Virus record (IMG/VR): IMGVR_UViG_2915650412_000004
Location: 11,383 to 75,382 of that record
Length of the DNA: 64,000 nucleotides
Strand: one strand, 5' to 3'
From: a virus
Lineage: Duplodnaviria; Caudoviricetes
In this document: one piece after another, positions 1 to 10,114 of the stretch
Layout: the number at the start of each line of letters is the position of its first letter
How positions within the stretch are numbered: the stretch's first letter is position 1
Program-made: the position numbers and the translations under genes
The notes under the pieces: model-generated
The model's input: only the letters and a program-made list of their open reading frames with translations
Database searches by the model: none
What the model was told of the DNA's origin: nothing

Positions 1-46
1 GTTTGGAACTGAAGGCTGGCGCCACACAATCGGCATGGAGGACTAA

Positions 47-289
47 ATGGAAAAAGCTCTAGCTGGCCTTGTCGCAATCGCGGCCATCCTCTTCTTCGCA
101 CCGCTCATCGGCGTTCTCGGTGGCGCGTTCGTCGGCTGGGTCGTGGGCCTGTTTTTCGCAGAAACGATCCATGCGTTCCTTGCCGCCGTTGGCATCAACG
201 CGGCGGGCCTTGCGATGTGGCAGATCGGCGCTTCGCTCGGCTTCATCGGCGGGTTCTTCCGCCCGGCTATCCATCGGGCGAAGGCGTAG
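47..289 (+). CDS. Small membrane protein, hypothetical
   Basis: RBS GGAGG upstream; hydrophobic Gly-rich helices. Confidence 0.7.
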   Translation: MEKALAGLVAIAAILFFAPLIGVLGGAFVGWVVGLFFAETIHAFLAAVGINAAGLAMWQIGASLGFIGGFFRPAIHRAKA

Positions 290-332
290 GCCTCGCCGCT
301 ACCACACCACCAACAACACGAGGAAATGACAG

Positions 333-884
333 ATGGCAAAACTAGCCAGCAGATTTGATGCGACTGCTCACGATACGGAGCAGCGGGACTACGAAGAGCT
401 GCCGAACGGCGACTATGAACTGGAAATCGAGGCGTCGGAGGTCAAGGAAGGCGCAAACGGTACCGGCCTCAAGACAACGATGACGGTTCTTCGCCCCGAG
501 GAATACAAGGGCCGGAAGGTCTTCAATTTCTACAATCTGGAGCACAAGAACGCTCAGGCGCAAGAGATCGGCCAGCGCCAGTTCGCGAGCCTTTGCCGCG
601 CAATTGGTGTTTCGGAAGTCGAGGATTCCGAAGAACTGCACTTCAAAGCGTTCACGGCAAAGATTGGCCTCGGCAAGCCCTCAAAAGACGGCCAGTACCC
701 GGCTCGCGCGGAAATAAAAAAATACTACTTTCCTGACGAAGGTAACGTCCCCCAGCCTTCGATCGATGCCAACCAGCCTGTAGCGCAGGCCCGCCCGGCC
801 AATGACAACCGACCGGCTGCGGCTAACAGTAACAAACCGGCGCCGGCAGCAGCTGCGGCAGGCAAGAAGCGGCCTTGGGGTTAA
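333..884 (+). CDS. DUF669-type phage ssDNA-binding/recombination protein
   Basis: LPNGDYELEIEASEVKE...GQRQFASLCRAIG pattern, low-complexity tail ending KKRPWG; ACACGAGGA RBS. Confidence 0.75.
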   Translation: MAKLASRFDATAHDTEQRDYEELPNGDYELEIEASEVKEGANGTGLKTTMTVLRPEEYKGRKVFNFYNLEHKNAQAQEIGQRQFASLCRAIGVSEVEDSEELHFKAFTAKIGLGKPSKDGQYPARAEIKKYYFPDEGNVPQPSIDANQPVAQARPANDNRPAAANSNKPAPAAAAAGKKRPWG

Positions 885-958
885 GCCACACCACGCAGCT
901 ACTGGCGCGAAAGCGCCGGTAGCTGCCACCCTACCGAACCGAACACGAGGAGATACGC

Positions 959-1804
959 ATGGCTTATGAAGCGGAGCGCAGACAGATCGATGCCGCGTTG
1001 CCAATACGCTTTGACGGCGCCTTTGTAGCTGGCGGCGCTGTAACGAGCGTTTTCACCGGGGCGAAGATCAATGACGTTGATCTTTACTTCAAATCACGCC
1101 GGGCGTTTGAGCGCGCTGTTTATGACGCATATGAGGAAGGCCTATGGTGTGTCGCAGCTAGCAAGCGAGCGGTAACGTTTGCGGACCAAAGCAACAATAT
1201 CGCCCAGTTGATGTATTTCGACTTCTTTCCGACTGCAGCAGATATCTTCAAGGCATTCGATTTCACCGTCTGCATGGGCGCAGTGGACTTGGATACAGGG
1301 GAGAAAATCGAATGGAGGGGAGGTTCACGTGTCACGCTTGGCGAAAAGCATCCTGACTCCGGCTTTGTTTTTCATCCGGACTTTCTGAAACACAACAGCC
1401 AGCGATTCCTGAAATTCAACGCTGGAACGCGATATCCGTTGGCTTCGTCGACACGCGTTCTGAAGTACCAGCAACGCGGCTACACGATCGGCAAGGGCGA
1501 CATGATGAAGATCGCGCTGGCTGTTCGTGGCGTGAAAATCGACACGTGGGAAGACTTGAAAGACCAGATTGGCGGCGCTTACGGCGACAAGGTTGTTCTC
1601 GGCAACGAGGACAAGCCATTCTCCATCGAGGCGGCGATTGATGCCCTGACCGTCGAGGACGCCGAAAGCGAGCCTTGGGTGCAGCCTGCGAATGACAATA
1701 TGCCGGGCACTGCAGAAGCGTTGCTGGCGCATATCGCAAAACTCAACGGCGTCGAATTCGTCCTGCCTGAACTCGATGCGGAGGGATGGCCGAAGGCGGC
1801 ATGA
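959..1804 (+). CDS. Pol-beta superfamily nucleotidyltransferase
   Basis: AFVAGGAV...INDVDLYF (GG...DxD) catalytic motif; ACACGAGGAG RBS. Confidence 0.65.
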   Translation: MAYEAERRQIDAALPIRFDGAFVAGGAVTSVFTGAKINDVDLYFKSRRAFERAVYDAYEEGLWCVAASKRAVTFADQSNNIAQLMYFDFFPTAADIFKAFDFTVCMGAVDLDTGEKIEWRGGSRVTLGEKHPDSGFVFHPDFLKHNSQRFLKFNAGTRYPLASSTRVLKYQQRGYTIGKGDMMKIALAVRGVKIDTWEDLKDQIGGAYGDKVVLGNEDKPFSIEAAIDALTVEDAESEPWVQPANDNMPGTAEALLAHIAKLNGVEFVLPELDAEGWPKAA

Positions 1805-1814
1805 GGAGGAAAAC

Positions 1815-2021
1815 ATGACGATACCCAAGCTGACGAAAGAGCAAGCCGCCATCATCGGCGCTTACACCGGCGTCACGGCAGGTCCATTTAGCGACATTCA
1901 TGGATATGCAGAGAAGGTTCTAGGCCGTCCTGTATGGACGCATGAATTTGCCGACAAAAGGCTTTCCGAGAAGTTGCGCGCCGCCGCCAAGGACGACTTC
2001 CTGTCTATCTGCGCCGCCTAA
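1815..2021 (+). CDS. Hypothetical phage protein (68 aa)
   Basis: RBS GAGGAGG before ATG 1815, in operon. Confidence 0.7.
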   Translation: MTIPKLTKEQAAIIGAYTGVTAGPFSDIHGYAEKVLGRPVWTHEFADKRLSEKLRAAAKDDFLSICAA

Positions 2022-2078
2022 AACCAACAGGCGCGGTTGCCAGCCGCGCCTTCTACCACCGAACACGAGGAGACTTTG

Positions 2079-3128
2079 ATGAGAGTAAGCATTGACCGCT
2101 CAGAGCTCGCGCACGCCTTGGCAACTGTCAACCGTGCCATCGAAAGCCGAAACACAATCCCCATTCTCGCCAACGTGCTCTTGGCGGTCGAGGACGGCCA
2201 GTTGCGCCTGACCGGGACCGATCTGGACGTCGAGATAACGACCAGCCTGCCGGTGCTCGACTGCCAGCCCGGTAGCGTGACAGTTCCCGGTAAGATGCTT
2301 GCGGACATTGCAAAGCGCGCGACGGGAGACATCACCCTTGAACTGGATGCAGCTAGCGGTGGAGGCCGCCTTACCGTCGCGTCGGGTCGCAGCCGGTATA
2401 AACTCGACGTTTTGCCCGCTGAAGACTTTCCGTCCTTCAGCGCAGGGGAGTTCGACACGACGCTTGAGTTGGATCTGGCCGCGCTTGTGGCGCCGTGTGT
2501 GCACTGTATCTCGACCGAGGAAACCCGTTATTACCTCAATGGCGTTTATCTGCATGTTGTCGACGGTCGTTTGGTTGCGGTCGCAACAGACGGGCACCGG
2601 CTGATGCGCAACACAAGGCCGGAAGGCACCATAGAATACGGCGTTATCCTGCCGCGCAAGCTCGTAGGATTACTGCCAAAAGGCGCGGTTACCGTTGAAC
2701 TGTCGCAAAATAAAGTACGCGTCACGTCTGGCTCGACGGTTATCACGAGCAAGCTGATCGACGGCACGTTCCCCGACTATGTGCGCGTCATCCCGCGGAA
2801 CAATGCGAGCGTGCTTACCGTTGACCGGCAGGCGCTTATGAAGGCGGTCGAACGTGTCGCCGCGGTTGCCGACGACAAATCTCGCGCCGTGAAATTCGCC
2901 GTCGGCGATGTGCTGCGACTAATGCTGGCTGACAAGGCGAGCGATGAAGTTTCGATTGAGTTCGAGGGCGAACCTTTGGAAATCGGCTTTAACGCCCGCT
3001 ACGTCAACGACATGCTTGGCGCGTTGGATGAACCGAATGTGCGCTTTGCCCTTGGGGATGCGGGTTCGCCTGCCGTCGTCAAAGGCGAGGGCGAGTGGAC
3101 TGCCGTGCTTATGCCGATGAGGGTGTAG
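2079..3128 (+). CDS. dnaN: DNA polymerase III beta subunit (sliding clamp), phage-encoded
   Basis: NTIPILANVLL, LTGTDL, EETRYYLNGVYL, VATDGHRL, LIDGTFPDY, IGFNARY, LMPMRV. Confidence 0.95.
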   Translation: MRVSIDRSELAHALATVNRAIESRNTIPILANVLLAVEDGQLRLTGTDLDVEITTSLPVLDCQPGSVTVPGKMLADIAKRATGDITLELDAASGGGRLTVASGRSRYKLDVLPAEDFPSFSAGEFDTTLELDLAALVAPCVHCISTEETRYYLNGVYLHVVDGRLVAVATDGHRLMRNTRPEGTIEYGVILPRKLVGLLPKGAVTVELSQNKVRVTSGSTVITSKLIDGTFPDYVRVIPRNNASVLTVDRQALMKAVERVAAVADDKSRAVKFAVGDVLRLMLADKASDEVSIEFEGEPLEIGFNARYVNDMLGALDEPNVRFALGDAGSPAVVKGEGEWTAVLMPMRV

Positions 3129-3131
3129 GGG

Positions 3132-4079
3132 ATGGCGCCCCTTCCAAAAGCAGAATCCAGCACCGTTCGCGCCATTTATCAAGCTTACGAGGCCGCCAAC
3201 GAACAGCGAGACGGGAAGACAATTCCCGCCTCGCAAGTGGCGGAAGAATGCAGTCGAAAGCTGTTCTTCGACTTCAGATGGACCACGCCGCATGAATTCA
3301 TCCCCGGTCGAACGCTACGCATCTTTGAAACTGGTAACCTTGAGGAAACACGCTGGATTGAGAACCTTCGCATGATCGGGTGTGAAGTCGTTGATTATGG
3401 CCCAGACGGGCGGCAAATCCGCGTTGATCTCTGCGACGGTCATGTCGGTGGATATTTGGATTCCGAAATCCTTGGTCTGCCAGAGGCCCCGCGCACGTGG
3501 CATGTCGGTGAAATAAAGTCGCACAACCTGAAAAGCTTCACGGCGCTGAAAAAGGAAGGCGTTCAGAAAAGCAAGCCGCTCCATTTTGGGCAGATGCAAA
3601 TCTACATGCATGCGCGTGGGCGCGACAGGGCGATATATCTCGCAGTCTGCAAGGACAACGACGAGCTTTACACCGAACGCGTCCATTATGACGCGACATA
3701 CGTAGCGCGGCTTTTGGCAAAGGCCGAACACATCATTCATGCCAACGATCTACCGCCGCGTATTAGCGATAATCCTGAATTCTTTTCGTGCAAGTGGTGC
3801 AAACACCACTCGATTTGCCACGATGGCGCATGGCCGCGCACAAACTGCCGGACATGCATTTTCAGCAGCCCGGAGCCGGGCGGTGTTTGGTCCTGTGGCA
3901 GGTTCAACAAGCCATTGTCACTGGCCGAGCAAAGCGAGGGATGCCCTGCTTTCCTTACGTTACCGTGCTTGGTTCCAGGAGTTCAGACAGACTGTGACGA
4001 AGAAAACGAAACCATTACCTATACCCTTAAGTCTGGTGAGGTGTGGACGGACGGGGCAGGTGTTAACCCCTGCCAATGA
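3132..4079 (+). CDS. PD-(D/E)XK Cas4-like phage exonuclease
   Basis: GYLDSEI...VGEIKS, HFGQMQIYM, Cys cluster CKWC...C...CRTC. Confidence 0.8.
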   Translation: MAPLPKAESSTVRAIYQAYEAANEQRDGKTIPASQVAEECSRKLFFDFRWTTPHEFIPGRTLRIFETGNLEETRWIENLRMIGCEVVDYGPDGRQIRVDLCDGHVGGYLDSEILGLPEAPRTWHVGEIKSHNLKSFTALKKEGVQKSKPLHFGQMQIYMHARGRDRAIYLAVCKDNDELYTERVHYDATYVARLLAKAEHIIHANDLPPRISDNPEFFSCKWCKHHSICHDGAWPRTNCRTCIFSSPEPGGVWSCGRFNKPLSLAEQSEGCPAFLTLPCLVPGVQTDCDEENETITYTLKSGEVWTDGAGVNPCQ

Positions 4080-4764
4080 TAACCATCCGAAGTACATGGG
4101 CCCGCATCTGCAAGACCGAAATATGGCGTTAGAGGTTGGTGCAAAATACTACTACACGGGGGTAGCGTGTATTCATGGCCATATGGCGCCAAGATCAGCT
4201 TCCGACGGCAAGTGCACGGTATGCAAATGGCTACAATGGGAAGCAAACCGTAGAAAAAAAGGAAAGAAGCCCTTTGAACCAAATTGGAAAAAGGCCGACG
4301 CGCAAGAACTAGGTGATAAGTTCTTTCATGGGGATACATGCCCGCACGGCCATAGCGGTATGCGCTGGACGCACAATGGAGCGTGCGTTGAGTGCACGAT
4401 CAATGCAGCAAGGAAATTTCAAAACACTCCAGAAGGCATAAAGGCAAGAAAACAGTGGCGCTTCGACAATCCAGATAAGGTTCGAGAATATAACAGAAAC
4501 TCAAAAGCCAAGAGAAAGGGCGCAGAAGGAACTCACACAGCACAAGACATACGAGATATCCTGACTAGACAAAAATACAAATGCGTTGAGTGCGGGGTGT
4601 CTGTTCGGAAAAAAAGCAATCGCCACGTTGATCATATTATGCCGATTGCCCTTGGCGGAACAAACTGGCCATTTAATCTTCAAGTGTTGTGTCCGTCCTG
4701 CAACCTTTCAAAAAATGCAAAACACCCACTCGAATGGGCTAGAGAGAAGGGGCGATTAGTTTAA
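4060..4764 (+). CDS. Free-standing HNH homing endonuclease
   Basis: CVECG...HVDHIMPIALGGTNWPFNLQVLCPSCNLSK; probable GTG start at 4060. Confidence 0.9.
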   Translation: MLTPANDNHPKYMGPHLQDRNMALEVGAKYYYTGVACIHGHMAPRSASDGKCTVCKWLQWEANRRKKGKKPFEPNWKKADAQELGDKFFHGDTCPHGHSGMRWTHNGACVECTINAARKFQNTPEGIKARKQWRFDNPDKVREYNRNSKAKRKGAEGTHTAQDIRDILTRQKYKCVECGVSVRKKSNRHVDHIMPIALGGTNWPFNLQVLCPSCNLSKNAKHPLEWAREKGRLV

Positions 4765-6488
4765 TGCTAACCTTACGCGATTATCAACGCGCCGCAGTTG
4801 ACGGCCTGTATGACTACTGGCGCGAACAACCCGGCTCACCTCTTATCGTGCTTCCGACGGGCGGCGGCAAGAGCCTCGTGCTAGGTACGATCTGCAAGGA
4901 ACTGATCGAAGGCTGGCCTGATATGCGCGTATTGGTTTGCACTCATGTACGCGAACTCATTCTCTCGAACTACCAAGAACTTCTGAACATCTGGCCTTTC
5001 GCACCGGCTGGAATATTCTCGGCTGGCGTAGGTCGGAGAGACGCAAAGGCGCAGATCGTTTTCGGTGGCGTGCAGACCATCGCAAACAAGGCGGAGCAGA
5101 TCGGCCACATCGACGTTGTCTTGGTCGATGAAGCTCACTTGATGCCGCGCAATTCCGAAACCCAGTATGGCAAGTTGATTGAAGGCCTGCGCGCCATCAA
5201 CCCAGACCTGAAGCTGGTCGGCCTCACGGCCACGCCTTATCGCTTGGGCGAGGGGCTTTTGACGGAAGGTGACGGCGCGCTTTTCGACGACATCTGCTTT
5301 GAAAAGCCGATTGGCGAGATGATCGAGGAAGGCTATCTCTGCCGTCCTATTTCAAAGGGCATGGCGACTGCCTTCGACCTGTCCGGCGTTGGCAAGCATG
5401 GCGGCGACTACAAGCAGAACGCTCTGCAGGCGGCTATCGATAAAGACGATATCACGGCTTCCGTGGTCGATGAGATCGTCACGTATGGCACTGCGTCTGG
5501 TGCGGAGCGCAAGGCTTGGCTGTGCTTTTGCAGTGGCGTCGAACATGCCCGGCATATGCGAGACGAAATTCGTAGTCGGGGCTTTAGTTGTGAGACTGTG
5601 ACTGGCGACACCCCGACCGGTGAGCGGGATCGCATTCTGGCTGATTTTAAGGCTGGCAAGATCCGCGCCTTGACGAATAACTCGGTACTAACAACCGGCA
5701 CGAACCTGCCGATCATCGATCTGGTCGCGTTCTGTCGCCCAACCTTATCAGCGGGCCTCTATGTCCAGATGGCGGGGCGTGGCTTGCGGCTTTATCCGGG
5801 CAAGGAGAACTGCCTCTTTCTGGACTTTGCTGGCGTCGTTCGTAAGCACGGGCCCATCGATGCTGTTACGCCGCCCGGGATGAAGAAAGGCGACGGGGAG
5901 GCGCCTGTGAAGCAATGTCCGCAAGAGCCTGACGATCGCGGTCTAGTAGGCTGCGGCTCGCTGATCCATGCCTCGCTGCGCACCTGCCCTGACTGCGGAT
6001 ACGAATTCCCGGTCGATGAAACACCGAAGATATCTGCACAGGCCGAAGACGTGCCGATGTTGTCGAAGGACAACGCCAGCACCCGCCAGGTCGAGCGCCG
6101 CACCTTCGCATACCACGAAGGCAAGGGCGGCAAGCAGGACAGCGTGAAGGTTTCGTATTGGGTCGGCATGTCGCCCATCAACGAATGGCTTGGGCCGGCC
6201 CATACTGGCTTCTTCAAGTCGAAGTCTGACAGGTGGTGGCGGAAGCACGGCGGTCAGGCTCCGTTCCCGAAAACGGTGCTGGAATTCATGGAGCGCCAGA
6301 ACGAATTGCTGCCCACGGGTGAAATCGTTGTGAAGCCCAATGGCAAATACTGGGAAGTGGTCGACGCGATGCCAGGGGGTGCGAATGACAATGTGCCGGA
6401 GGCCAGCAATGACAATGAGCCGGCATCAAATTATGGCCGTGTGTCTGCCGGGCTAGCTGAAATATTGGATGATGATATCCCGTTCTAG
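4764..6488 (+). CDS. SF2 DEAD/DEAH-box helicase with C-terminal Zn finger
   Basis: LPTGGGKS, VDEAH, TATP, QMAGRGLR, CPDCGYEF. Confidence 0.95.
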   Translation: MLTLRDYQRAAVDGLYDYWREQPGSPLIVLPTGGGKSLVLGTICKELIEGWPDMRVLVCTHVRELILSNYQELLNIWPFAPAGIFSAGVGRRDAKAQIVFGGVQTIANKAEQIGHIDVVLVDEAHLMPRNSETQYGKLIEGLRAINPDLKLVGLTATPYRLGEGLLTEGDGALFDDICFEKPIGEMIEEGYLCRPISKGMATAFDLSGVGKHGGDYKQNALQAAIDKDDITASVVDEIVTYGTASGAERKAWLCFCSGVEHARHMRDEIRSRGFSCETVTGDTPTGERDRILADFKAGKIRALTNNSVLTTGTNLPIIDLVAFCRPTLSAGLYVQMAGRGLRLYPGKENCLFLDFAGVVRKHGPIDAVTPPGMKKGDGEAPVKQCPQEPDDRGLVGCGSLIHASLRTCPDCGYEFPVDETPKISAQAEDVPMLSKDNASTRQVERRTFAYHEGKGGKQDSVKVSYWVGMSPINEWLGPAHTGFFKSKSDRWWRKHGGQAPFPKTVLEFMERQNELLPTGEIVVKPNGKYWEVVDAMPGGANDNVPEASNDNEPASNYGRVSAGLAEILDDDIPF

Positions 6489-6644
6489 GAAGTTCCGCAT
6501 CGCGCGCTTTGGGCGGGGGGCTTGGGGACGCGCGATGCGGATGCAGTTCCATAGGAGGAGTTGCACCAACAGCGTAGTCCGGTCCGAGAGCTTGGTGAAA
6601 TAACAGAATGTTGCAGTTGCCAATAATCAGCAATGCAACCGTAA

Positions 6645-6766
6645 AAATAGAAAAGCCCGCTTCGCCATGGGAGGAGGAGCGAAGCGGGCCGATCAGACAA
6701 GCGCGACTGGGAGGAGGAGTGCCGCGCTTTAGGTTCAGTTTCTGGGAGGAGGATTGAAACTGAACG
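6645..6766 (-). ncRNA. Cuckoo (alpha-r14/CcsR-like) sRNA with three CCUCCUCCC-loop hairpins
   Basis: Stems 6733-6765, 6699-6729 and 6655-6689 each have a loop reading UCCUCCUCCCA on the minus strand; the last is followed by a U-run. Confidence 0.85.
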
Positions 6767-6772
6767 AGGCGT

Positions 6773-6801
6773 AGATAGGTCCGCAACCCGTGCGGTGCAA
6801 G
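6773..6801 (-). promoter_or_regulatory. Sigma70-type promoter for the cuckoo sRNA
   Basis: Minus strand CTTGCA-N17-CTATCT, close to the alphaproteobacterial CTTGAC-N17-CTATAT consensus, ~7 nt before the first stem. Confidence 0.6.
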
Positions 6802-7061
6802 GGTCAAATTCGCATAGCTGATATGCAGGGAAAATAAAAAAACCGCCCGGCAGCGAACGGTACGCGCCTGGGCGGTCTAACTCCCTCCCAAGAGTTGCGC
6901 GAATATACATAAACAATCGCCACATGCAACAGTTAAAACCAAGTATTAATTACACTAAATCAGTAGGATTAAGTTTTGCAAAATATACCAATCCATTAAC
7001 GGGATGCGCCGAGAGGCGTGTTAACTTACCAAAACCAACCACCAAAACACGAGGAGAAACA

Positions 7062-7805
7062 ATGACGGACAATTACGACCCGTATAGTGCGGCACCTATT
7101 GGTCACAATAGACCGCCGCTTTCTGCGTACGAGACTGTAAAGCAGGAGATCGAAGACCTGTTTGATGAGGCAAAGCACTTCGCGGACGGCGACCCTATCG
7201 ACAGCCAGGAACTGGCCGACGCGATCACCAAGCTGCATGACAGTTTGCATGAGGCCGGGAAGCGCGCGGACGAGGCCCGCAAGGATGAGGCGAAGCCGCA
7301 TGACGATGCGAAGGCCGAAATTCAGGCGCGCTATAATCTTCTGATCGGCAACACCAAGACCACCGGCAAAGGCAAGGTTGTTCTCGGCAAGGAGACGTTG
7401 CAGACCTTGCTTACGCCGTGGCGCACGCGCGTAGCAGCAGAGAAAGAAGCTGCGGCCAAGGCGGCGCGTGAAGAGGCTGACCGCATCGCGCGTGAAGCGC
7501 AGGAAGCTATGCGTGCCAGCGCAGGCAATCTCGAAGAGCGTGAAAAGGCCGAAGAACTGCTTGCCGTGGCTAAGAAAGCCGATCGTTGGGCGAAGCGCGA
7601 AGATCGTTCAGCAACCACTGGCACAGGGCTGCGCACGATCTGGCACTGCACACTGGAAAATGAAGGCAAGGCTTTGGATTGGGCTTATGGCCTAGCGCCG
7701 GACCGCTTCAAGGAACTCGTCCAGTCTATGGCCGAAGAAACCGTGCGCGCCGGTATGCGTCAGGTGCCGGGCTTCAAGGTTTGGGATGAACGGGTGGCGC
7801 GGTGA
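7062..7805 (+). CDS. Hypothetical coiled-coil phage protein
   Basis: ACACGAGGAG RBS then ATG 7062; helical charged sequence. Confidence 0.75.
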   Translation: MTDNYDPYSAAPIGHNRPPLSAYETVKQEIEDLFDEAKHFADGDPIDSQELADAITKLHDSLHEAGKRADEARKDEAKPHDDAKAEIQARYNLLIGNTKTTGKGKVVLGKETLQTLLTPWRTRVAAEKEAAAKAAREEADRIAREAQEAMRASAGNLEEREKAEELLAVAKKADRWAKREDRSATTGTGLRTIWHCTLENEGKALDWAYGLAPDRFKELVQSMAEETVRAGMRQVPGFKVWDERVAR

Positions 7806-7817
7806 TGGTTCCTGCGA

Positions 7818-8054
7818 TTAACAGCCAATGTTTTGCGCGATGAGCGAGCCAGCTGACAATAGTGCAGATACGGCACTGACTCCCGCGGCCACGCGGTTTC
7901 TTTTACCGGTCTCTGCAAAATAGTCTTGGAATATTGAAGGCTCTATAATTGTTCCAATTATCGGTTCAAACTTCACATTAGTTGAACGCCACCACAAGTA
8001 ACAAGAAACCAACCAGCCGAAGGCGGCAAGCAACCCGAGAATTATTGAGCACAT
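7818..8054 (-). CDS. Small membrane protein (moron, opposite strand)
   Basis: Two hydrophobic segments, AT-rich, antisense to operon. Confidence 0.5.
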   Translation of the reverse strand: MCSIILGLLAAFGWLVSCYLWWRSTNVKFEPIIGTIIEPSIFQDYFAETGKRNRVAAGVSAVSALLSAGSLIAQNIGC

Positions 8055-8147
8055 TTAGTCGTCCCACACTGATAAATTTGAAGTTCAATTGTCGCACAAT
8101 TCCCGCCAGCCACCAACTGGCGGGTTACCACCACGAAACACGAGGAG

Positions 8148-8729
8148 ATGAGAATGATTGAACCGCTACCGAGCGGGCCTTTCGGCTGCGTCCTTGCGGA
8201 CCCGCCATGGGCATTTAGAACCTACAGCAAAAAGAATGTCGCGCCGGCTAGAGGTCGCCAGCCTTACAGCGTGATGTCGCTTGACGATATCAAGGCGCTA
8301 CCTGTCGAACAGGTATGCGCCCGCGATTGTTTGCTGTTCATGTGGACCGTTTCACACCTGCAGAGTGAAGCCTTCGATGTGTCCGCCTCATGGGGATTCC
8401 GCCCTGTCAGCGTGGCTTTCGTTTGGGACAAGGGCCGAATGGGCATGGGCTATTGGACGCGACAGGAAGTTGAAATCTGCCACCTGTTCAAACGAGGCAA
8501 GCCGCGTCGCCTTAGCAAAGGTGTGCGCTCGCTGATCAAAGCACCCCGCCGTGAGCATAGCCGTAAGCCTGATGAACAGTACAATCGGATTGAGCGGCTT
8601 GTCGACGGGCCGTATCTTGAACTGTTCGCGCGCCAAGCGTGGCCGGGCTGGTCATCATGGGGCAACGAGGCGGGCAAGTATGTAGGAGCTAATGATAACC
8701 AAGATTTGCTGGGGAGGGTGGCAGCATGA
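8148..8729 (+). CDS. MT-A70 family N6-adenine methyltransferase
   Basis: LADPPW, LFMWTV, EHSRKP, LELFAR...GWSSWGNE. Confidence 0.9.
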   Translation: MRMIEPLPSGPFGCVLADPPWAFRTYSKKNVAPARGRQPYSVMSLDDIKALPVEQVCARDCLLFMWTVSHLQSEAFDVSASWGFRPVSVAFVWDKGRMGMGYWTRQEVEICHLFKRGKPRRLSKGVRSLIKAPRREHSRKPDEQYNRIERLVDGPYLELFARQAWPGWSSWGNEAGKYVGANDNQDLLGRVAA

Positions 8730-10114
8730 GCTATAACGCGCCCGCAAAACAAAGCACTGTTCTGGACATCATAGACGAGTACGAGCGCAAGACCGCGAAC
8801 GTCGAAGCGGCGATCAAGGCCTATGACGATGCTTGCACGGCGGTTGAAATGGCGGGCACGATCATGGGCACATACGTCAACCCGGTTTTGCGCGGCAAGG
8901 CATACGCGCACGCCAGCGATATGCGCAAGAACCTCCGCGCGTCGGGATGGAAAGCTCTCTATAATCGTTGCCAGATTGACCGTATCGCCAGCGCCAAGGA
9001 CAAGAAGCTGTTCGAGCACACCTTGGCCGACCCGCCCGAGCTGACTTTCGACAACGCCAAGGCGACGTTCGGACCGTATCTGGAGAATCCGCGCTCGCAC
9101 ATTCTGCGAGGTCTGGCCGAGGTGTTTGCTGATTTGGACCCGGCGTACAAGTCGCATTCCAAGGTCAAGATCGGCGTGAAGGGCCTGCCCAAGCGGGTGA
9201 TCATCGCGAACTGGGGCAGCTATTCCGGCACGTACGGCAAGGACAAATTCCGCGACATCGTGAACGCGCTCGCCGCCTACCGTGGCCAGCCGCTCATGGA
9301 ACATGAGGAATTTCAAGCCATCCGGGCCGCGCACGATGCTGGCGAAGATGCTGTCCTCGACGGACGTAAGGTGGCGTGGAAAGACAGATACCGCGAGGGA
9401 GAGCATCAGACTTTCGATCGAGGCATAACGGTTCGCGTCTTCGGAAACGGCAACGCGCATGTGTTCTTTGCGCCGGAGACGCTCCGCGACATCAACATGG
9501 CTCTAGCCGAGTTCTATGGCGAAGTACTGCCGGACGCCGAAGAAGAAGACACCAGGCCGCGCCAAAGCACGGCGGTTTCCAAGGACCTGCAATTCTACTG
9601 GACGCCGCATGAGGTCATTGACCGGGCGTTGGAGTTCGCCTGCGTCTACAATCTAAAGGAATGGAGCTCCAATCCGCCCGAGCCATCGCGCATACTAGAG
9701 CCGTCCTGCGGTGATGGCCGGATCATGGATGCTATCCGAGCGCGCGGGCATCAGGTGTTCGGTATCGAGTACCATGCGGGGCGAGCGGCAGAGGCAAGGG
9801 CGAAGGGTCATAGTGTTCTGACCGCAAATTTCCTCGAACAACCGGCGCAGCCTGAATTTGACATCGTGGTAATGAATCCACCGTTCTACGGGCGGCACTA
9901 CGTCAAGCACGTTCGCCATGCGCTGCGGTTCTTGAAGCTTGGCGGGACGCTCGTATCCATCCTCCCCGCAACGGCACACTACGACCACAAGGAACTTGAG
10001 GGTGAATGGCGTGATTTGCCAGTGGCGTCTTTCGCAGAGGCTGGCACAAATGTGCCGACGGGGCTTCTGAAGATTCGTATTCCAGCCAACGACAATTTCA
10101 GGAGCGCCGCATGA
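8726..10114 (+). CDS. SAM-dependent amino-methyltransferase with DUF4942-like N-terminal domain
   Basis: ILEPSCGDG motif I, VMNPPF motif IV, QFYWTP. Confidence 0.85.
   Translation: MSYNAPAKQSTVLDIIDEYERKTANVEAAIKAYDDACTAVEMAGTIMGTYVNPVLRGKAYAHASDMRKNLRASGWKALYNRCQIDRIASAKDKKLFEHTLADPPELTFDNAKATFGPYLENPRSHILRGLAEVFADLDPAYKSHSKVKIGVKGLPKRVIIANWGSYSGTYGKDKFRDIVNALAAYRGQPLMEHEEFQAIRAAHDAGEDAVLDGRKVAWKDRYREGEHQTFDRGITVRVFGNGNAHVFFAPETLRDINMALAEFYGEVLPDAEEEDTRPRQSTAVSKDLQFYWTPHEVIDRALEFACVYNLKEWSSNPPEPSRILEPSCGDGRIMDAIRARGHQVFGIEYHAGRAAEARAKGHSVLTANFLEQPAQPEFDIVVMNPPFYGRHYVKHVRHALRFLKLGGTLVSILPATAHYDHKELEGEWRDLPVASFAEAGTNVPTGLLKIRIPANDNFRSAA

Noticed and set aside
3132-4079. Cas4-like nuclease as a sign of CRISPR-Cas
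   Set aside because: Stand-alone phage exonuclease; no repeat-spacer array or other cas genes in the window
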